From Callorhinchus milii (lineage: Eukaryota): a DNA stretch of 64,000 nt. The notes under the pieces are model-generated. The model ran no database searches and was not told the DNA's origin. It saw only the letters and a program-made list of their open reading frames with translations. Made by a program: the position numbers and the translations under genes. Positions 23,827-36,677 of the stretch are shown here, piece after piece; the first letter of the stretch is position 1, and each line of letters opens with the position of its first letter. The DNA is taken from NCBI RefSeq assembly GCF_018977255.1, contig NW_024704743.1:66280001-66344000 (forward strand), given 5' to 3'.

Positions 23827-25915
23827 AACAACAACAACAACTTGCACTTATATAGCGCCCTCCACGCATGGTGGTGTTTTAGAGCGCTTAAGAGTGATGG
23901 AGCCTGACTCTGAGCCGGGGGGAGTGGGGAGATGGCTATAAGCACGGTCAAAGAGGAAGGTTTTCAGGCGGGACTCGAAAACGGGGAGAGAGGGGGCAAG
24001 GCAGAGGGATTGAGGGAGAGTGTTCCAGAGTTTTGGGGCATAGTGGCTGACAGCGTGACCCCAGATGGTGGGGTGGAGGGTGCAAGGGACGAGTAGGCAT
24101 AGGTAATAATGGTAGGACGTGGTGCCAGTTGAGCAGAGGTGCCAGGTGGTTGATCCATTCGGTGATGGGGAGTCAGTGGAGCCTGGCCAGAACTGGTGAG
24201 ATGTGGGTATGGAGTTTGTTCCAGGTCACTATGTGGGTGGCAGAGTTCTAAATAAGCTGGATCCTTTGAATGGCGGAGCTGGGGAGACTGGCGGGGAGTG
24301 CATTTGAGTAATCCAAGTGGGAGGTGACAAAAGCATGCACGAGGGTTTCGGCTGCATTTGGGATAAGATATGGTCGGAGGTGGGAAATTTGGCGGAGGTG
24401 GAAGAAAACGGTCCTGGTCAGGGAACGGAAGTGGAGGAGGAAGGACAGCTGGAGGTCGAACCAGAGGCCTAGGTTGTGCACTCTTTCAAAGAGTCTGAGG
24501 GAAAGCCCAGGGAGGTTGAGGAGTTTAGATCCACAAGATTGAAGGTGTTGATGGGAGCCAAGGAGGATGGCTTCCATTTTGTCCACATTCAGCTGCCGGA
24601 AGTTTGCATTCATCCAGGCCCTGATGTCTGCCAGACAAGCAGATAGAACATCTGTGGACCTGGATTCGATACTGGAGGAGGCAAAGTAGATTTGTGTGTC
24701 ATCTGCACACATGAGGAAGTTTACCCCATGTCTGCAGATGACATCGCCCAGAGGGGCATATAGATAAGGAAAAATATAGGGCCAAGGATGGAGGCCTGGG
24801 GTACCCCGCAGGTGACCGGGCGGGAGCAGGAGAGGAAACCATTTGCCGAAATGAAATGGATGCGGTTGGTTAAGCAGGACTCAAACCATGCAAATACAGT
24901 CCCACTAAGGTGGATGAGGGAGGAGAGGAGGATGCCGTGGTCAGCTGTGTCGATGCGGCAGAGAGATCCAGGAGGATGAGGAGGCAGAGGAAGCCCTGGT
25001 CACTGATAGAGATAATGTCATTTATGGTGTTGACAGGTGCTGTCTCTGTGCTGTGGGCAGGTGGTGAACTTCATGCAGGTGTGGTTGAGAGGGAAGAGGG
25101 AGAAATGGTGGAAAAGGAGTGTAAGGAGGGGTTTTGGCAGAAGCCGTGGTGGAGGGAGAATGTGGGGTGGATGGTCTGGGTGGGGTGGAAGAGGACATGG
25201 GGTGGGATGACGATGCAGCCAAGCTGATGTTTTCAATTTTTGAGGCGAAGTCCAGGACCTCTTCACACTTGGCCTTTGATGTGAAGATAGAGGGGCCTTG
25301 AAGGGGTACACGGAGGAGGTGATGGACTGTGGAAAACAGTGTCATTGAATTGTTGTTTGCCTCCAGGATGAGTTTGTAGTCAGTTTTGGCCTGTGAAAGG
25401 GAGAGGGAGATTTGTGTTTTGAGTGAGTGGAGATGATTGTTGTACCAGGGGGAGTGGGTGGGTTTGGAAACAACCCTGGATTTCAGGGGCACCAGAGATT
25501 TGAAGGTTGTGGAGAGTTGGTCATTCAAGCAGCTTGATGGCTGCATCAGAATCTCTGCAGGTGGAGGGTTAGATGGAGAGGAGGTCCAGGGAAGAGAGAC
25601 CATTTGTGTGGGACTCAGGGGGAAGCTTTTTCCGGGGGTGAAAAAAATGGTAGAGGGCTTAGAAGAAGGGATATGGGAGGAGAGGAAGATGAGGAAGTGG
25701 TCTTGGATGACCTCCTATGTGATAGACAGTTCGGAAATGTCAGGATATGTCATATGTGATGACGAGGTCAAGGGAGTGGGTCGTCAAGCTGATGTGAAGG
25801 GTGAGGCTTAGGGAGGAGAGGAGGGCTGTGAAATCCGAGGAGGTGGTGCAAGGGGATTTGAGGTGGGTGTTGAAATCATCCATTATGAGCAGGTGTTCAG
25901 TGCAGATGGACAGTC
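23827..25915 (-). mobile_element. L2 LINE, second subfamily, internally deleted
   Basis: ADDTQIY, NANFRQLNVDKMEAI, VHAFVTSHLDYSNA, HSPWYNNHLHSLK; (GTT)n tail at ~23827-23840. Confidence 0.87.
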
Positions 25916-26199
25916 AGTTAAGTCCCAAGTACTTAACAATCCTGGCTTGGCACCTGAGTTACGTGTGGGAGTGAGGGATGTATGGTGAGTGGAAAGGTGG
26001 TCAAAGGTACAGATCTTGAGGGTGTTCTTGAACAAGGTGAGGAAGGGAGCAAGTTGGTGGGACTCTGGGGTGGAGTTCCAAAGAATGGGGCAGATAGGCT
26101 AAAAGCCTGATGGGCAGGTAGGGTGGGGGAACGTGAAGCAAATTATTCAGTAGTAATTGGTCCACATTCTATATTTCTACATTGCTATTTTGTTGCACA

Positions 26200-26962
26200 C
26201 ACTGCTTTGTATGCGGATGACCCTCGTATCTATTTTTCTACTTCTACTCTTGATTCCACGCCCTCTGATATTCTGATAAGACAAAACTGCTCCAACTCAA
26301 TATGGATAAGATGGAAACCACCTTCCTTGGCTCTGATCTCTTCAATCTCTCCAAACTTGTGTAACCTTGTCATTCGTTTTGAGTCCCAGCATTCCTTTAT
26401 CCCTCATATCACCCCTCACCAAAACTGCCTTCCTTCACCTCTGACACTTCACCTGCCTCTGCCCCTATTTCTAATGCTGCTGATCCAAATTGTAACTCGT
26501 CAAAATTTTCACTGCCTCATCTTCATCTGCACCAAATTCTGCAGGCCCAGAACCCCAGTCCTTGCCAGGCTCCTTGTCTCTCAGCAGATCAAATGTAAGA
26601 TCCTCACCCTCACCTACAAATCCTTCCATGCCCTAACACCTCCTTATCTCTCCTATCTTCTCCTAAGCTACTCTTCTGCTTGGCGACCTTGGCTTGCTGG
26701 ATGTCCCTGCTCTTTCTGCTCCACCATCATTGTAAAAGCCTTCTGCTCCTATGCCCATAAACTCTGGAACTCCCTCCATCTACCATTCCATCTTACACTC
26801 TTCTTTTTGTACCTTTTAATCACACCTTAAAACCTGCCTCTTACAATGTGCATGTGGCCACCTCTCCCTTCCCCCCTCCCCCTTTCCCTTGCTGTACATA
26901 TGCTGTCTGCGACACTACCCTGCATGAGAAGCTCGATATAAATGCAAGTTGTTGTTGTTGTT
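26200..26962 (+). mobile_element. Old L2 3' fragment
   Basis: YADDP, KILTLTYKSFHALTPPYLS, YAHKLWNSL; (GTT)n tail. Confidence 0.75.
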
Positions 26963-29900
26963 TGCCCTGTCCTTATGAAGTGTTCTGATACATTATGCTT
27001 CATGAAGCAGGCTATTTAAATGTGAGTTGTTGTTAATATGCCAGTATCTGCCAAAGATATACAACATTATTACCAACAATGCTTAAGGAGTGAAATGGAT
27101 TTAGAAATATTGCATTTTTTTGTGATATATGTCTTGCTCAAGTGCATGTTAGCCATAAACAGCGTAAATTTAGTAGGGTCAGAGTTGAGTCTACTGTGGA
27201 GATTTGTGTGTTAGACTGGTTCTTGCCTATGAGGCAGAAGGTTGTGGATTCAAGCCCCACATTGGGACTTGGAATTCAAATAGTCTAGGCCAAGACCCCA
27301 ATGCAGTGCTGGATTTGTGCTGCATTTTTAGATGTGCTACCCTTGAAATAAAACATTAAACCAGAGTCTCATCTGCCTATTCAGGTGAATGTTCAAAATC
27401 CCATGTCTCAAAGTGCTTCACAAATAATTGCTATGAAATTTAGTGACTTTGTACTTGTAAGCACACAGGGCAGCTATTATGCAAGTACTGTACTAATGTC
27501 GCACAAACAATGGGACATGAAGTGAATGATCAATTTATCTGAAAGATTGTTGGCCAGCACATCGGGAGAAACCCCCTTTTCTTTCAAAGTGTACTGTAAA
27601 GATGAAAGGTTTAATGCATCATCTCTGTTAGCTGAGCCATGTTTTGTGATACACATTTCTAGTAAGCATTTGAAAGTACAGTGAGAACGATACTCCCCCA
27701 CCACCAGCAGCGCCACCTTAACATAATATTTGAGAACTTATAAAGCATTAGACAGTGTTGTGTTTTAGAATAGGCGTCGTGAGTTTCTTTGGAGATTGTA
27801 CTGTTGTGTTCCTTTTGGCTGGCATTTGGCTTAGAATATGATGACCTTCTTCTGAGACTGATAACCACAAAGTATAGCTGTTCTTTTGAAGTTACAAATC
27901 TGGCGCCCAGCGTTAAATTGAACCCATGGTAATGCATTCCTGTCAAAACACAGTCATTGCTCTTAGTTGGTACAGTATATTCTTCCAGTGACTCTTCGAG
28001 TTTTCTGATGATAATTGTCCTTAATCTGAGACCATAGCAAATTTAAAAGGGAAGGAAGTGGAATATTATACCCTGGTGATCCATTGTTCTGCACGGGATT
28101 CAAACCCAGATTCAGTGACGCTGTACAGTATCACTTGAAAGTTGCATTGAAAGTTTTTATGTTACAGCAGCAATGTTCGCTTGTGAACATATATAGGCTC
28201 TATATTAAAACCATCATCAATCACATGTACACGTTATTGTCTGCGGAAGTTACGTTCCCACAGCAACAGTGCCTGGGCTGATCAGGTTGCGGTCCATTGG
28301 GATCCCTTTCACATCCAGGAGAAATCCCAGGGAACTTTGATACCACCTTTACAAATCAAACTTACCGCTGAAAGCAAAGACGAGATTTCTTTGAAGGCTG
28401 CACTGTTTGTGTCAGACATTTTATAAAAGATTGTATAAAAGATACGTCCAAACGGCTGCCTGTGAATCCAAGGTCAGGGAATGATATCGAGTGAGATAGT
28501 GCACTCACGCCAATCCTGGCTTTATTGTTTCTTTCACTTGCTTGTCTGACTCCCTTCCTTGCCCTGAAAACACTATGTTGTACTTTTTCACCAGTGTTAT
28601 CTTTTGCCCCGTGCTCTCCCCGCAGATCAAAGTTTAGGATCATCGCTGTAAGGTCAGTGCCCTTTCATGTTCATTATTTTTAACACAAGCTTTTTTTAAA
28701 GTTTATGTTTTTTAATAAATTGAATTGCCAATAGCCAGCATGCTGTCTTCATTTATATACATATAAAAAAAAGGATTACATTTTACTCGGAAACCACTGC
28801 AGACGTCCTAAATGCCAGATTAGACTCCTTGTCCTAACAGTAATACTAAATCATGTCCTAAATTACATTGTGGAGTTGCTATTGCACAATAGAGACTGTA
28901 GGAGCATGACAGCAGAATTAGACCATGTGGGAAGCTCTTTTATGTATATTTAATTTGACAGTTATGTTGCGATTACTTCCCACAGTTTGCTTCATTGAGT
29001 TCTTGCGTAAACCATTACCACAGTGGGAAGGAAGATTGTGTTTCTCAAGCACGTAATTTCCATTGTAGGGTTTCTTTACAGCCTGGCTGTTTTGTTCCGA
29101 TCGAGCGTAAGTCACTTTGCAATAGGAGAATCAGGCGATCACACCCACTGGTCTTCACGTCAGTGGCTCTGTATGAAAAATAAATGTGGTCCCAGTGACC
29201 GAGGAAACGGTGAGACGTGTCTCTTCACAGCAAACCAGTTGCCCCGAGATTCCCTCCTCTGACCTCTGACTGAGTCACCAGAGCACTGCTCTCAGACCAC
29301 AGATTGGAGAGCGAATCACTTCTTAGAGGAAATGACACAATTATAGGCTTTTTTTTTCTGCTCCACTCTCCTTTTTGGATCTAGCAAATTGACGTTAGGA
29401 ACATAAAGTGCACATATGCGTTTAGTTAATTCATTATTAAATCTTTTGCAAGTACTTTTCTTTGTTTAGGAATGAACCATACATTGCTGTAGCAGGACAC
29501 GTCTTGCCGTTTCCTCGGTCACTGCGACCACAATTATTTTTCATCAAGGTTAACAGGAAATGTATTTCTTAAAGGATGAATTACTTTAGGATGATAGTGG
29601 GGACAGCTGGTGAGATTGGAGTATCTAACCAGAGCTTGTTACCATGCGATTATCTCAATGTGGTGGGAAGAGAAGAACAGCAAATTCAACACGTGGTTTT
29701 ACATTGTTAGAAGGGATTTGTGATATCAGTGTGTCATTCCCTCTGTGAGTCAACGTAGACTCTTCATTATCAAAATCTGAGAGTTTATTTGTTTTTCCAA
29801 TCTCCAACCAGACTGGATTACAACACCGCTCCATCTAGAATGGAGTTGAAAGACGGGAATTGTAGATAAATAGCAATAATAATAATCCTTGCATTTGATA

Positions 29901-30746
29901 TAGCGCCTTATCGTGTCTTCGAGACGTCTCAAAGCGCGAAACAGAATATGCCGTAAAGTGAAGGGAGAGACTGAATTATAGCAGATCATTCTTGACCTTG
30001 ACCTGCCTCAATCCAATAGTGCAATGGTGGAATAAAACCAATACCCAATCCTAACTTCAAACTGTACATTGATTGGGTTGTTGTGACAGACAACTACAGA
30101 TGTCGTTCTACTACAGAGAACATGTTTTATTCCTTTTATTCCTTTCGTCTCTCCACGTCAGAGAAACATTGACACAAGTGCCTGCCAGTTTGTTGATAGG
30201 TGGTTAACTATTTCATGTGGTGTCCCCTGTGCGGTCAGTTGCTTCCGTCAGCAGATTGAGATGTTGCAACGCTCTTGCGAACAACACACGGAATCGAGCA
30301 TAAACAATACGGGAAAAAACAAAATATGGGTCATCTATTATTCTGCGTGCAAATACTACACTTGAAATACGGGGTGAATAAACGGGCGGTTATTTCTCTC
30401 CAGCAGCAATCCAAGAAAGTTGAAAATGTCTCTAGAAATCATAACGTCCCTTCTCTTCGCAAATGCGGTGAAAAGCAACAACGTTTACGTTTGTGGAGCG
30501 ACCTTCACGTCGGGATATAACTCACCACGTTAAATCTGAACAGCAGTGTTTAAGCACAGAAAGAGATCCAGATCCCAAGGAAAATAACCGTGTAATCTGA
30601 AATACAGCAATCGAGTGTGCTGTGGGGTTTTTTTTTGAGATTGAGCATCAGCATCATTTGCGTTAATGTTAAACTTCCACCTGTTCCTCTTTACCTTGAA
30701 TTTATGTCCCACTGTCTTATCAAAGCACCTCGAGGTTGCAGCACTG

Positions 30747-30799
30747 ATACCTATTACAGGGTATACCTATTACAGGGTATACCTATTACAGGGTATACC
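30747..30799. repeat. 16-bp tandem repeat x3.3
   Basis: (ATACCTATTACAGGGT)3 ATACC. Confidence 0.93.
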
Positions 30800-31565
30800 C
30801 AGGCCAGAAATGGTGTGGGTTGCAATACGATCAAACAATGCTGAGAGTTTGCAGAATAAACCATTTGTTGGGAGACCGTATTAACTAACGATTCCTTCCT
30901 CAACTATTGAATTGGAGCCCCATCTGATAGTTTGGCAGAAACCTGGAGCCATGCAAGGACTGGGCTGTGCAGGGACATCATCGCCTGCACAATGCACGGT
31001 CACTACACTGCACTGCAAACCCCACGAAGTACTTTGAAACGTCCTCCCGATCAAGTGCATGGATGGTTTATGGTACATTGAGCAAAGTCGGGAAGAAGGA
31101 AAGCACAGCATTGCATTTGTTGAATGGGGGTCTATGGGGCGATTCTTTTGAACTTTCCACACTGCCCCCCGACTGCTGTTGGCCTTTGATATTCAACATC
31201 GATATAAACCCATTGGGGTACACGCGGGTGAGAAGGGACACAGTGGCGATAGACGTTGCATTTCAAATGCACTTAAACGTGTGCACTTGTGTCTGGAATA
31301 TAAACGCCGAATTCCCTGAGATAAAAGAGATGATGTCCCTCTTGCTGTTTTTTTTGACACCATCGGGTGCGTGGATTTATTTATCTGTAACGCGGGCGGA
31401 TCAGCTCGTATCTCAGTGCTCGACTGCTGTGTGTGATTCAAGCCGCAGAGTACAAGTGTAACCCGGGACACGCGGGAAGGTGGACCTGCCTTTTGCAGCG
31501 CACACCAGCGTTGCCAGACTTGCAACTGCGGATAAACTGACCCTAACTTATCAGATGCTAATTCG

Positions 31566-32028
31566 GAGTGAGTGAGTGAGTGGGTGGGTGAGTGGGTGAG
31601 TGAGTGAGTGAGTGAGTGAGTGAGTGAGTGGGTGAGTGAGTGAATGGGTGGGTGAGTGAGTGGGTGGGTGAGTGAGTGAGTGAGTGAGTGAGTGAGTGAG
31701 TGAGTGAGTGAGTGAGTGAGTGAGTGAGTGAGTGAGTGGGTGAGTGAGTGAATGGGTGGGTGAGTGAGTGGGTGGGTGAGTGAGTGAGTGAGTGAGTGAG
31801 TGGGTGGGTGGGTGAGTGAGTGAATGGGTGAGTGAGTGAGTGAGTGAGTGGGTGGGTGGGTGAGTGAGTGGCTGGGTGGGTGAGTGAGTGAGTGAGTGAG
31901 TGAGTGAGTGGGTGGGTGAGTGAGTGGGTGGGTGGGTGAGTGAGTGGTGGGTGGGTGGGGTGAGTGAGTGGGTGAGTGAGTGAGTGAGTGAGTGGGTGAG
32001 TGAGTGAGTGGGTGGGTGAGTGAGTGAG
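31566..32028. repeat. (TGAG/TGGG)n tetranucleotide array, ~460 bp
   Basis: Read directly; it generates the spurious THSL/THPP ORFs. Confidence 0.97.
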
Positions 32029-33804
32029 TATCACTCTGCACTCTGGTCTTACTCCCCACACAGGTCCCTCCCGGTGTGGTACAGGTTTGGGGAGCGATCC
32101 TTCAGATTGCAAATGAATACCATTTCCCCAAACGAAACTTCTCGACGTCGCTTTCAAATTAAAGCTCCTAACACGAGAAAGGCGAGAGATCACCATCACC
32201 GCACAGCACAGCCTCTTAACAGCAGCAGCTGCTGCTGCTCCCCCGTCCTCATAAGTCGTGGGTCTTTTTTTGTTTTTTGTTTAAAAAAAAAGAGAGAGGG
32301 TAGAAAAAAAAAGGTTCAGGGATGGATAAGGAAACGACGGGGGCAGGTTTCATTCAAAGGTGATCAATAACGATCCCATCTGATTTCATGGCAGGCGGTT
32401 TGTCTGTCTGACATGTAGATCAGGGATCGTGTTCAGGGCAGAAATGGGAATGACCAGGAATTCCACCTGCACTAACCCTGGAAGGCATTTTGCCAATGCT
32501 ACGATCCGAACGTGTTCCCGCAGTGAAACGCCGCTGGTGCACTGCAGATGACCAGTGACTGGTCAGGTTTCAGGATGATTTTTTTTATTTGGGTTTTAAA
32601 TGCATTGCGCGCTTCAATCCACCGCTGTTTGCGGGATGCTGCTGCGGGCAATCGGCTGCCGCCCACTTTGCCCGCAAAATGTACCGTCGATTCACTTCAT
32701 GTTCTGCGTGAAGCGCTTCGAGACGTCTCGGAGACGGTGATGAGGCGCTATATCAAATGCGAGGATTATTATTATTATTATTATTTTATATACACTGAGT
32801 GTTGGTCTGTGTCGCTGCTCTGATTGGGTACCCCCCCACACACACACACACATCCCCCCCTGTAATGACTTTATTTACCCCCCAACACCACCCCCGACCC
32901 CCAAACACTCTTCCACTTCATAACGTGATCCTATCAGACCCCAAAACCAATTCAGCTCTAATGTTAGTGTGTCCTCACTCACCCAACACTCATCTCACTC
33001 AATCCAACCTGAACTCTTGACAAGTCTGAAACTAACCACAGACTAACCCACCCCTCACTTTACCCCCCACCACAACCCCCCCAAAAACCTCTCCTTGCTT
33101 CACACTCCTCGTGGCTGCTCCTGGCGTCCGTTTCCCAGTCTGCACACACAAAAAAAACAGTCACTACACTTGACCGAATTGTCTGCCGAGCGCTTCGACC
33201 CGATAGAGGCACCGAGCAAATGGAAGCTGTTTCTTTCCTAAAACTGGACCTGGCTCGAAACTAGTGTCAACTCGGGGCTAAACCCAACCTCGTCGTTAAC
33301 CAAACGCCAACATAGCCCTCATCCCACCCATAACGCTTAACTGGTGCCGAGAGAGACTGGTCTACAGCGTGAACCATGGGGTGGGGGGGGGGTGGGGGGG
33401 GGGGCTTCCTGCACACATACATCTGGGAGTGGGGCAGCTGTGTGGGAGCCGGGGGTACATGGTGGTGACACTGAGCCAGGAAAGGGAGGCTGGAGCAATA
33501 TCCCCAATATTGACCTCCCAGTGATAACCTGAGATGAGATAAGCTCTTTCCCGATTGTTTTTCTTTCCCGAGCAAAAGAGATCTAAAATAACTCCTTCCG
33601 CGGTTCGATTTCCTTTGCACCCGACAACGTGCTCTTCCTTTTGCTGTTACCTGTTGTGAATGTGCACTCGATGAAAGCGGAGGAGCAGCCGCTGGGTGTG
33701 AAGTCAGTGCCCGGGCACCTTCACCCCATGGCCCGCGGCGCTGTCCTCCTGCTCTGGCTGCAGCTGCACATATGCACAGAACTGCAGACGACTCAGGAAA
33801 GCGA

Positions 33805-34020
33805 CCCGAGCCGAGCCGAGCCGTGCCGAGCCGTGCAGAGCCGACCCGAGCCGTGCAGAGCAGAGCAGAGCCGAGCCGAGCCGTGCAGAGCAGAGCAGAG
33901 CCGTGCAGAGCAGAGCCGAGCCGTGCAGAGCAGAGCCGTGCAGAGCAGAGCCGAGCCGTGCAGAGCCGACCCGAGCCGTGCAGAGCAGAGCAGAGCCGTG
34001 CAGAGCAGAGCAGAGCAGAG
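33805..34020. repeat. (CAGAG/CCGAG/CCGTG)n pentanucleotide array
   Basis: Read directly; it generates the spurious AEQSR/LCSAR ORFs. Confidence 0.95.
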
Positions 34021-35790
34021 CGGAGACATTGCCCCGCGGTGAAAAGAATGAAGTGGTACGGGTGCGAAATGCCGCTCAATCGCCCTCTGACACCGTGCGC
34101 TTCGCTGCTGTGAGTGCAACATCAACACCGCTGTACTCAAGGAACTGTTCACTCAGGATACAGAGGATCGTGTAACTTGAGCATCTGATCGTGTTCCCCC
34201 CCCACCCCAACCCCCCACCCCCACCCCACCCCCACCACCCCCCATCCCACCCCTCCACCCCCCATCCACCCACCCACACCCCCACACCCACCCATCCACC
34301 CCCCCCCCCCCCCCCCACACCCCCCACCCCCCCGCCCCCACACCCCCACCCCCCCCCGCCCCCCACCCACACACCCCCACACCCCGAGCGCAGGAAAGTT
34401 GTGCGTCGAGACACAGTGGAGGAATGCAGCAATTTTGCAATGCCTGTGAACGTCTTTGTACCTTTGGTCCTGGAGTCACGGGCTGCTCGGGGTGTACTCA
34501 GTTGCTAGGACACGGTTTAAACAATCCCAGATTCAAGCCCTGGCTGCCTTCACCCGGGTTAAAGCGCAGGCGAAAAAAAAAGGGGTGGGGGGGGGGGCAA
34601 TTTCAACCTCAGACGCAATGCTTTGCACTGAAGCAGCTTTCGGAAAACACTTTCCACCGCCCCCCCCCCCCACCCACCCACTGACTCCAGTCCAATTCTG
34701 ATCGATATCCTTTTTGGGGCAAAAACAAAGGAAGTTTGAAACCATCTGCGCGAACCACTGTGGCAATGTTTTGTTTAATTCCTACCATTAATACAGTGCC
34801 GTACCGTACTCCTCCCTGCAGGCTGGACAGCTTGCAGATCACGTACAGTTTGGTAAGACAATAACACGACTATCGGTCGGGGTGTCCGCAGGGAACGTTT
34901 GGAAAAATATTCCCTGAAACCGGGGGTCGGGGGAGGGCTCTGTTCTCCTGAATGGCTTCGGGTTGTTAATGCACTTTAACGCGAGAGCTCCACACGGTGC
35001 AGTCCCAGTGCAGTCCCAGTGCAGTCCCCGCCGTGTGAAATCCCTTTGCAACTTTCGCAGCGATCCGGATCTGCTGCGAAAAGCACCTCCTTGCGAACTC
35101 CAGACTGCGGCAGGTACACCGGGAACAGCGGGACCCGCAGAGTCGGGTCTCGCACAGTTTCCTTTACGCGCGATTTGTCCGCAGAGCGACTTCCAGCGAA
35201 GGCGGAGAGAGGCGGCGCGACCGGTTGCAACGAGACACAGACAGGACGCGTTATGTATTACGTGCAACGAAACCAGGTTGTTTCGGGGACCATTTATTAG
35301 CCTAAAATCGCTTAAAAGTCGGGGTTGCCTCGGGTGAACGCAGCTTTAATAAGAAAAGAGAAATTCTATCCGGGACTGAGAGCGGTTTTGCACTGACGGT
35401 TTTCGAACCGATTGACTTTAATCACCTCCCGTGGCGGGATGCAGCCCCTCTCGGCGCAGAGTATTGTTTGCATTGCATACAGATGATAATGCAGACGGGG
35501 TTTACGGACTCGGGGTTCCTGAGGCTTTGAAATAATGATTTCATCTTTGAGGGCGCAATCAGGAATTGGCACTATCCCAATGAGGAGGAGAGAGGGGGTG
35601 TGGGGTGGGTGGGGGGGGGGGGGGTGGAAGCAGTGTGGTGCCCTGCATCCTGAGTAGCTCAGGGTGTTCTCCAAGTCCGAGATGTCAGTGGTATTGGTTA
35701 TCCGTGTTCTGGGGTTAGTTTGGCTTCAGCCACTTTGGAGGTGAAGAAAGAGAAGCTGCGAATGGGGGGAGAGGGGGGGGGACGGAGTTG

Positions 35791-35900
35791 CCCCGCCCCG
35801 AAACCTGTATCAGCAAATAACCACGTGCGGCAATCCAATGGGAGACGAGTGAGTTATTCATGTTCCGGGGGCGGGCTCTCTCCTGCTCTGATATAAGAGA
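35791..35900 (+). promoter_or_regulatory. Probable IGFBP3 core promoter
   Basis: Ordered cluster: GC box CCCCGCCCC 35791-35799, CACGTG 35822-35827, CCAAT 35835-35839, GGGGCGGG to 35875, TATAA 35892-35896, inside CpG-rich DNA. Confidence 0.65.
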
Positions 35901-36384
35901 ACCTGCATTCGCTCCTGGTTTCTCGGAGTCGAAGAGAGTGCCATCGGGTAAAGTTTATTGCAAAGAGAGGGGGGAAACAGGGAGAGAGAGGGGGAAACAG
36001 GGAGAGAGAGAGAGAGAGAGAGAGAAGGGGGAAAAAACTTTCCTGCAAGTTTCCGGCTGAATTTGCAGTTTTGCCTCTCATTTCGTGTCACCTTATTTTT
36101 TGTTGTTGTTGTTGTTTTAGCAGCAGCAGTAGTTTAGTTTAGTTTTTTTGATATATATATATATATATGATACATATATAAAAAAAATTATTCTTTGCAA
36201 TTTTTGTTTTTGGGGGTGTGGTGTGGTGTGGGGGGGGTGAGGTTTTTGTTTAAAAAAGAGGGGAGTTTTTTTTCTCTCTCTCTCTTTCGTGTTATCATTA
36301 GTAATTATTATTATTATTATTATTATTTTGCAAAGAAAGAAAGAAAGAAACCTGCAAAAAAAGAGAGAGAGAGAGAGAGAGAGA

Positions 36385-36677
36385 GGGGCAGCAAAAAGCC
36401 CAAACGAAGTGAGGGCACAGCAGAGGGTGTAACACAGACCCAGAGTACAGAGAGAGGGGGAGAGGGGGAGAGAGGGGGAGAGAGAGAGGGAGAGGGGCAG
36501 CAAAAAACCAAACGAAGTGAGGGCAGAGCAGAGGGTGTAACACAGACCCAGAGTACAGAGAGAGGGGGAGAGAGAGAGAGAGGGGGAGAGAGGGAGAGAG
36601 AGAGAGAGAGAGAGGGGCAGCAAAAAACCAAACGAAGTGAGGGCAGAGCAGAGGTGTAACACAGACCCAGAGTACAG
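36385..36677 (+). repeat. Three copies of a ~65-bp unit separated by GA-rich tracts
   Basis: GGGGCAGCAAAAA(A/G)CCAAACGAAGTGAGGGCA(G/C)AGCAGAGG(G)TGTAACACAGACCCAGAGTACAG at 36385, 36494 and 36614. Confidence 0.95.

Noticed and set aside
31193..32199. 288-aa and 213-aa His/Thr/Ser/Pro-rich ORFs
   Set aside because: Translations of the (TGAG/TGGG)n array, which lacks stops on the minus strand.
33267..34508. Several overlapping 100-270-aa ORFs
   Set aside because: Products of the pentamer array and poly-C tract; no domain or splice structure.
36385..36677. CRISPR-like repeat-spacer look
   Set aside because: Eukaryotic context, 65-bp units, low-complexity spacers, no cas genes.
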